DNA of 64,000 bases from positions 27,206 to 91,205 of the forward strand of contig CALIUY010000003.1 of NCBI GenBank assembly GCA_938048455.1, in the 5' to 3' direction. Below, in pieces: positions 58,934-64,000 of the stretch; position 1 is the first letter of the stretch, and every line of letters begins with the position of its first letter. Source of the DNA: an uncultured Desulfobacterales bacterium (GTDB lineage Bacteria; Desulfobacterota; Desulfobacteria; Desulfobacterales; SpSt-501). A program made the position numbers and the translations under genes. The notes beneath the pieces were generated by a model that was not told where the DNA came from, did no database searches, and was given only the letters and a program-made list of their open reading frames with translations.

Positions 58934-59896
58934 ATGGCGGTTTCCCGTCGCGTCTTTCTCAAAGGGACCCTGACCGCCGCCGCGGCGCTCGCCGCCGCCG
59001 CGGCTCCCGAAGCCTCCGCCGCAGGCGAGGCTTCTCTCGCCACGCTGATCGACATCCGCAAGTGCGTCGGCTGCGGAGCCTGTGTCGAGGCCTGCCGCGA
59101 GGCGAACGCCGCGAAGTTCCCCGAGCCGCAAAAACCTTTTCCCAAGATGTTCCCCTCGCGGGTCAAGGTCTCGGACTGGTCGGAGCGGCGCGAGGTGGAC
59201 GACCGCCTCACCCCCTACAACTGGCTCTTCATCCAGCATGCCCGGGTCGTGATCGACGGTCGCGAAAGGGAGCTTACGCTGCCGCGGCGCTGCATGCATT
59301 GCGTCAACCCGCCCTGCGTCAAGCTCTGCCCCTGGGGTGCGGCGAAGCAGTCGCCGAACGGCATCTCGCGCATCGACCCCGAGATCTGCCTCGGGGGCTC
59401 GAAGTGCAAGAGCGTCTGCCCTTGGGATATCCCGCAGCGGCAGACGGGGGTGGGGCTGTACCTGAAGCTCGCGCCCTCCTTTGCCGGCAACGGGGTGATG
59501 TACAAGTGCGACCGTTGCGGGGAGCGGGTGGCGGCGGGCCAGCTTCCCGCCTGCATCGAAGCCTGTCCCGAGGGGGTGCAGACGATCGGCCCCCGGGAGG
59601 AGATCATCGCCCGGGCCCATGCGATCGCCCGAGAGATCGGGGGCTGCCTCTACGGCGAGACGGAAAACGGCGGAACGAACACGATCTACGTCTCCCCCGT
59701 CCCCTTCGAGGAGCTGAACCGCGGAATCGAAACGGGCGACGGCCGTCCGCACCTCGAGTCCGTCCCCGACGCCATGGATGAGGCGAACCGCCTCGCTTCC
59801 GCTCTGCTCATCGCCCCCTTCGCGGGAATGGCGGGAGCTTTTCTGCGTCTGGCCTCGCGGGGGCAAGAAAGGAGGGAGAAAACCCATGGCGACTGA
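58934..59896 (+). CDS. Tat-exported 4Fe-4S ferredoxin-type protein (HybA/NrfC/DsrO-like) with C-terminal anchor
   Basis: Twin-arginine leader SRRVFLKGTLTAAAALAAAAA. Cys groups CVGCGACVEAC, CMHCVNPPCVKLCP, CLGGSKCKSVCP, CDRC...CIEACP. Hydrophobic C-terminus. Confidence 0.8.
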   Translation: MAVSRRVFLKGTLTAAAALAAAAAPEASAAGEASLATLIDIRKCVGCGACVEACREANAAKFPEPQKPFPKMFPSRVKVSDWSERREVDDRLTPYNWLFIQHARVVIDGRERELTLPRRCMHCVNPPCVKLCPWGAAKQSPNGISRIDPEICLGGSKCKSVCPWDIPQRQTGVGLYLKLAPSFAGNGVMYKCDRCGERVAAGQLPACIEACPEGVQTIGPREEIIARAHAIAREIGGCLYGETENGGTNTIYVSPVPFEELNRGIETGDGRPHLESVPDAMDEANRLASALLIAPFAGMAGAFLRLASRGQERREKTHGD

Positions 59897-60470
59897 CGCC
59901 CTGCGCCCTGCGATCCGGATAACGCCGCGAAGTCCCGCACGCTTTGTTTTTGGGGGTCTGGTCTTCGTCCTGGCCCTGACGGGTTTCGGGCAACTTCCGA
60001 TCTACAACCGCTACTACCTGAGCGACCTTCCCGGATTCGGCTGGCTCGCCGACTACTGGGCGACGCGCTTCGTCCACTACGCAGCCGCCGTCCTGTTCCT
60101 CGGGCTGCTCGCGCACCGAGCGGCGCTCTACCTCTTTTCACCTCGGCCGCGACGCCGCCTCTCCCGCTCGGGGTCCCTGCGGGCGGGGGTTCTCACCGTG
60201 CTCGTCCTCTCCGGCGGCCTGATCGTGCTCAAGAATTTCCCCGGGGTCTTCCTCTCCGATACGGCGGTGATCGCCGTCGACCTCGTGCACCTCGGGGCGG
60301 CGACGGCCTTCCTCCTCGCCCAGCTCGTCGCCCTGCTCCCCCTCGGCCTTGGACGACGGCCGTCGCCTCCGCCCTCCCCTCCGAGCGGTGCGTTCCTGCA
60401 GCCGGAAACGGTTCGTGATCCCGGTCTTCCGGGACGATCCCGAAGAAAACGAAAAGGGGCTGCGGTTTGA
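59886..60470 (+). CDS. small 4-TM membrane protein, possible b-type cytochrome partner
   Basis: ATG 59886 overlaps the upstream gene by 11 nt. About 4 helices with His in helices (FVHYAAA, LLAHRA, LVHLGAA). Function is inferred from context only. Confidence 0.45.
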   Translation: MATDALRPAIRITPRSPARFVFGGLVFVLALTGFGQLPIYNRYYLSDLPGFGWLADYWATRFVHYAAAVLFLGLLAHRAALYLFSPRPRRRLSRSGSLRAGVLTVLVLSGGLIVLKNFPGVFLSDTAVIAVDLVHLGAATAFLLAQLVALLPLGLGRRPSPPPSPPSGAFLQPETVRDPGLPGRSRRKRKGAAV

Positions 60471-60491
60471 TCCGCAACCCCTTGCCTTTCC

Positions 60492-60566
60492 TGGTAGGCA
60501 CGACGAGATTTGAACTCGTGACCCCTACCGTGTCAGGGTAGTGCTCTCCCCCTGAGCTACGTGCCT
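60492..60566 (-). tRNA. tRNA-Val (anticodon GAC), CCA encoded
   Basis: Minus strand folds as AGGCACG/CGTGCCT acceptor, GCTC/GAGC D-stem, CTACC-CTGACAC-GGTAG anticodon arm, ACGAG-TTCAAAT-CTCGT T-arm, then A-CCA. Confidence 0.9.
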
Positions 60567-60579
60567 GAAAACGGGAAAA

Positions 60580-60608
60580 TCTGTAACATTCGCCCCATCC
60601 GCTGTCAA
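60580..60608 (-). promoter_or_regulatory. possible promoter for tRNA-Val (TTGACA-17 nt-TACAGA)
   Basis: Read on the minus strand; the -10 ends about 13 nt before the tRNA 5' end. Confidence 0.35.
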
Positions 60609-60631
60609 GAAGACGGCGCCCGCCGCAGACT

Positions 60632-61216
60632 TCACCCCCGGGGGGGTTCGCCGGCCTTTTTCGCGGCGTTGGCAAACCCGCTCTGCAGCAGGTGCAGCCC
60701 GATCCAGGTGTAGTGCAGCCCGGAGAGGACCGTCAGGACGACCGCGATCCAACAGAGCGGCAGGACGGCCCGGCCGAGGCCGGAAACCTGCAGGGCGAGC
60801 AGGGCGGAGGCGACCAGGACCACCTGACAGACGGTCGTCCACTTGCTCAGGATCGATGGCCGGATCTCGAAGGCGATGTTCGCAAAAGCGAGCACGGCGA
60901 CGCCGATGACGATCAGGACGTCGCGGCTGATGACGACGACCGCCACCCAGGGCGGGATCCCGTGAAGGAGGGCAAGACAGATGAAGGCCGCGGTGAGCAG
61001 CAGCTTGTCGGCGATCGGGTCGAGCACCGCGCCGAGCGTACTGCGCTGATTGAGGAGCCGCGCGAGCAGACCGTCCAGGCCGTCGCTCACGCCGGCGGCG
61101 AGAAAGACGGCGAGCGCTCCGGGGATCTCCCCGCGAATGAGCAAAATGACGAAAAGCGGAGTGAGAAAGATCCTCAGGACCGTGATCAGGTTGGGCAAGC
61201 TGACGGTGCGTCGCAT
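60632..61216 (-). CDS. pgsA: CDP-alcohol phosphatidyltransferase (phosphatidylglycerophosphate synthase-like)
   Basis: ATG 61216 within listed ORF 60632..61336. Family motif DGLDGLLARLLNQRSTLGAVLDPIADK. Confidence 0.8.
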   Translation of the reverse strand: MRRTVSLPNLITVLRIFLTPLFVILLIRGEIPGALAVFLAAGVSDGLDGLLARLLNQRSTLGAVLDPIADKLLLTAAFICLALLHGIPPWVAVVVISRDVLIVIGVAVLAFANIAFEIRPSILSKWTTVCQVVLVASALLALQVSGLGRAVLPLCWIAVVLTVLSGLHYTWIGLHLLQSGFANAAKKAGEPPRG

Positions 61217-61265
61217 TTCTTCTTCGCGCCCCCCGCCGGGTCGGCCGCCTTCTTTCCCGGGTCGG

Positions 61266-61961
61266 TCAGCGGGGGGTGAGCACGGCCCGCAGCCCCCCGT
61301 CGGGCCTGCCGCTGACCGCGACGGAGAAGGCCTCAAAGGATTTCGCGGCCAGCCGGCGCGCGAGTTCCTCGGCTTCGCCGCGAAAGCTGACGACGAGCGC
61401 GGTCTCGGGGCCGCGGATCTCCTGCACCTGGATCGCTTCGACGCCGGGGAGCTCGAGCAGCGCCCGGCGGAAACGGACGACGTGGGCGAGCGCCGCTCCC
61501 CCCTCGACGCTCATCGGGATCTGCCGCAGGGCCGCGGCCGGGGAGTCTTCCGCGGGGCCGATCCCCGAGGCGAGCAGCCGTTCCCGCAGAAGCGGCTCGT
61601 TCACGGTGACCTGGAGCAGCACGCGGGTTTCGCGGCCGAAGGAGGTCTCGGACAGCAGACGGTAATCCTGAATCAGATCGCTGGGACGCGAAAGTACCTC
61701 TTCGTTCACCCGCCGGAAGTTCTCGGCGATGCGCTCCGGCGGGAGAAACTCGAGCGCCGCCGCGGCCACGGCGCGGAGGATCCCGTCGGCGATCGCCGCC
61801 TCGCGGGCGGCCGAAGGCGACGCCGAAAGCGGAGCGACCCCGACGGTCATGAGGCTTCGCCGCTCCTCGGCCTTCTGCGCCCGGCCCGGCGAAACGCAAA
61901 CCAGCCCGACCAGGACGAGCGCGAAAACCCTTCGCCCCCCCCGCCGCAGAAAAGACGACAT
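61266..61961 (-). CDS. hypothetical secreted protein
   Basis: ATG 61961 (MSSFLRRGGRRVFALVLVGLVCVSPGRA signal). No recognised domain. Sits between the polyprenyl synthase and pgsA. Confidence 0.5.
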   Translation of the reverse strand: MSSFLRRGGRRVFALVLVGLVCVSPGRAQKAEERRSLMTVGVAPLSASPSAAREAAIADGILRAVAAAALEFLPPERIAENFRRVNEEVLSRPSDLIQDYRLLSETSFGRETRVLLQVTVNEPLLRERLLASGIGPAEDSPAAALRQIPMSVEGGAALAHVVRFRRALLELPGVEAIQVQEIRGPETALVVSFRGEAEELARRLAAKSFEAFSVAVSGRPDGGLRAVLTPR

Positions 61962-61989
61962 CGGCGAGCCCCCTTTCGAATGGGTGCGC

Positions 61990-62970
61990 TTACAGCGTCC
62001 GCTCCAAAGCATAGTCGGCCAGGTCCTCGAGCGTTCGCCGCGCGGGCGAGTCGGGAAAGAGCGCCAGGTGTCTCTTGGCCGCCGCGATCCGCGTTTCGGC
62101 CGCCCGCCGGGCGTAGGCGAGCGCCCCGCTTTCCTCCAGCCGGCCGCGCAGCCAGGCGAAATCCGCTTCCGTAAAACCGGGCTCGCGGATCATGGCGATC
62201 ATCCGCGCGCGATCCTCACCTCCGGCCAGGGCGAGCCCCCGGATCAGGGGCAGCGTCATCTTGCCCTCGCGCAGGTCGCTGCCCACGTCCTTGCCGATGC
62301 GCGCCGAATCGGCCGTGTAGTCGAGAAGGTCGTCGGCGATCTGGAAGGCGTAACCCAGGCCGAGGCCGTAGGCGCACAGCGCCTCTTCGGCCGCCGCGGG
62401 GGCCTCGGCGAGCAGGGCGCTCACGCGGCAGGCCGTCTCGAAGAGAACGGCCGTCTTGCGGCGGATGACTTCGAAGTATTCCTCCTCGGTGAGTGCCGGG
62501 TCCCCCTTGCGCTGCAGCTGGTGGACCTCGCCCTGGGACATCTCCTCGGTCAGCCGCGCGAGCACGGCCACGATCTTCGGGTTTCCCGTGGCCGCGGTGA
62601 TCGAAAGCGCGCGGGCGAGCAGGAAATCGCCCACGAGCACGGCGATCGCGTTTCCCCAGATGCGGTGCGCGGCGGGCTTGCGGCGCCGTGTCGCCGCGCC
62701 GTCGACGAGGTCGTCGTGCAAGAGGGTCGCCGCGTGCAGGTATTCGAGCGCGCTCGAGAAGACGACGTCGTAGGTCCCGCGGTAGCCGCAAAGCCGCGCG
62801 GAAAGCACGAGCAACAGGGGCCGCATCCGCTTGCCGCCGTTGAAGAGGATGTAACCCGCCACCTCGCGCACGAGATCGAGATGGGGCGTCAGGTTGGCGA
62901 CCAGCGCGGCCTCGATCGCCTGCAGATCGGCCTCGACCGCCCGGAGGATCCGCGCCCTCAGGCCGCTCAC
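61990..62970 (-). CDS. polyprenyl diphosphate synthase (trans-IPPS, long-chain type)
   Basis: First and second Asp-rich motifs LLHDDLVD and QIADDLLD; GKRMRPLL. Confidence 0.88.
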   Translation of the reverse strand: MSGLRARILRAVEADLQAIEAALVANLTPHLDLVREVAGYILFNGGKRMRPLLLVLSARLCGYRGTYDVVFSSALEYLHAATLLHDDLVDGAATRRRKPAAHRIWGNAIAVLVGDFLLARALSITAATGNPKIVAVLARLTEEMSQGEVHQLQRKGDPALTEEEYFEVIRRKTAVLFETACRVSALLAEAPAAAEEALCAYGLGLGYAFQIADDLLDYTADSARIGKDVGSDLREGKMTLPLIRGLALAGGEDRARMIAMIREPGFTEADFAWLRGRLEESGALAYARRAAETRIAAAKRHLALFPDSPARRTLEDLADYALERTL

Positions 62971-64000
62971 GGCGCCTCCCCCAGCAGATCGTATTCCATC
63001 ACGTCGGTGATCCGCGCCGGAACGAAGGCCCCGAGCGGCAGCCGCCCCCCGGGGCGGGCCTGCACGTAGGTGACCCCGTCGACCTCCGGGGCCTGCAGCA
63101 TCGTGCGACCGGAGAACATGCGGTTTCCCAGATCCTCCTCGATCAGCACCGGCAGCACGCGGCCGATGTGGCGCTGGTTTTTTTCGGCGGCGATGTCCAT
63201 TTGCAGCGAAAGCAGCCGGTCGTAGCGCTCCTGCGCGACCTCCCGCGGCACGGGGTCCGGAAGCCGGTGGGAGGGCAGATCCTCGGCGTCAGAATAGACG
63301 AAGGCGCCCAGATGGTCAAAGCGGATTTCCTCGGCGAAGTCGAGGACCGTCTGAAAATCGCGCTCGGTTTCCCCCGGAAAACCGGTGATCACCGTGGTCC
63401 GCAGGCAGGCCTCGGGGACGATTTCGCGGATACGCCGGAAAAGGCGGCGCAGCCCCTCGCGGGTGTAACCTCGTCCCATGCGCCGGAGCACGGCGTCGCT
63501 GGCGTGCTGAATGGGCAGATCGAAGTAGGGGCAGAGCTGGGGCAGATCGGCCACGGCGCGGATGAACTCCTCGTCGATGCTCTCGGGGTGGCCGTAGAGC
63601 ACGCGGATCCAGGGTTCCTTCCGGCCGGGCGCCCCGCAAGCCCCGGCGAGATGATGCAGCAGCACGGCGAGCGGGACGGGCGGCCGGAGGTCCCGGCCGT
63701 AATGGGTGCTGTCCTGGGCGACGAGGTTCAACTCCTTCACGCCGCGCTCGACCAGGTCGCGCGCCTCGGCGAGGATGTCCTCGGGGGGTCGGCTTCGCTG
63801 GCGGCCGCGCAGGCGGGGGATGATGCAGAAGGTGCAGCGCCGCTCGCAGCCCTCGGCGATCTTGAGGTAGGCCGTATGCGGCGTCGTCAGCACCCGCTCG
63901 GCGTTGAAGGCGCCGACGGGGAGGCTGTCGGGATCGGGAAGGAGGGCCTTGCCCCGGCCGCGGCGGCCGGCCACGGCCTCCACGATGCGCTCGAGCGCCC
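62967..64000 (-). CDS. rimO: ribosomal protein S12 methylthiotransferase RimO, N-terminus beyond window
   Basis: Radical-SAM motif AYLKIAEGCERRCTFCIIP. C-terminal TRAM-like domain. Frame stays open to the window edge. Stop overlaps the downstream start. Confidence 0.8.
   Translation of the reverse strand, partial: ALERIVEAVAGRRGRGKALLPDPDSLPVGAFNAERVLTTPHTAYLKIAEGCERRCTFCIIPRLRGRQRSRPPEDILAEARDLVERGVKELNLVAQDSTHYGRDLRPPVPLAVLLHHLAGACGAPGRKEPWIRVLYGHPESIDEEFIRAVADLPQLCPYFDLPIQHASDAVLRRMGRGYTREGLRRLFRRIREIVPEACLRTTVITGFPGETERDFQTVLDFAEEIRFDHLGAFVYSDAEDLPSHRLPDPVPREVAQERYDRLLSLQMDIAAEKNQRHIGRVLPVLIEEDLGNRMFSGRTMLQAPEVDGVTYVQARPGGRLPLGAFVPARITDVMEYDLLGEAP

Overview
This is a very GC-rich, densely packed bacterial chromosomal segment. 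Gene content resembles an anaerobic deltaproteobacterium/Thermodesulfobacteriota-type organism, but that assignment is inference only. I support about 66 protein genes and one tRNA-Val(GAC). I saw no rRNA, CRISPR array, transposase, integrase or obvious defence island. Many of the long listed ORFs are antisense or out-of-frame artefacts of the GC content. Several listed ORFs carry spurious N-terminal extensions, so I re-set their starts using RBS position and start/stop overlaps.

Most genes are housekeeping:
- Translation and RNA modification: asnS, ettA, an RluA-type synthase, an RsmG-SpoU fusion, ribosomal protein bTHX, gatB, gatCA, rimO.
- DNA repair and nucleases: an ATP-dependent DNA ligase (5' end cut by the window edge), tatD, mutL.
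- Other: hslO, mscL, coaX/coaBC, pgsA, a polyprenyl synthase.

Two loci stand out:
1. 22.4-34.2 kb. Two divergent operons each carry a near-consensus sigma-54 -24/-12 promoter. One encodes a TSUP (TauE/SafE) permease, two small membrane proteins, a membrane-embedded PAS histidine kinase and an NtrC-type activator. The other encodes a signal-less Mo/W-bisPGD oxidoreductase, a 4-cluster FeS subunit, a GltD/NfnB-like NAD(P)H flavoprotein, a 70-aa protein and a NuoG-N-like ferredoxin. I cannot assign a substrate. This is my best candidate for an undescribed system.
2. 49.5-55.3 kb. A NikKMLQO-type nickel uptake operon carries its own outer-membrane porin and an inserted DUF3842-CooT pair. It is preceded by a promoter-proximal intrinsic terminator, which suggests a riboswitch or attenuator of unassigned class.

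All functional calls rest on motifs read from the translations. No database search was run.
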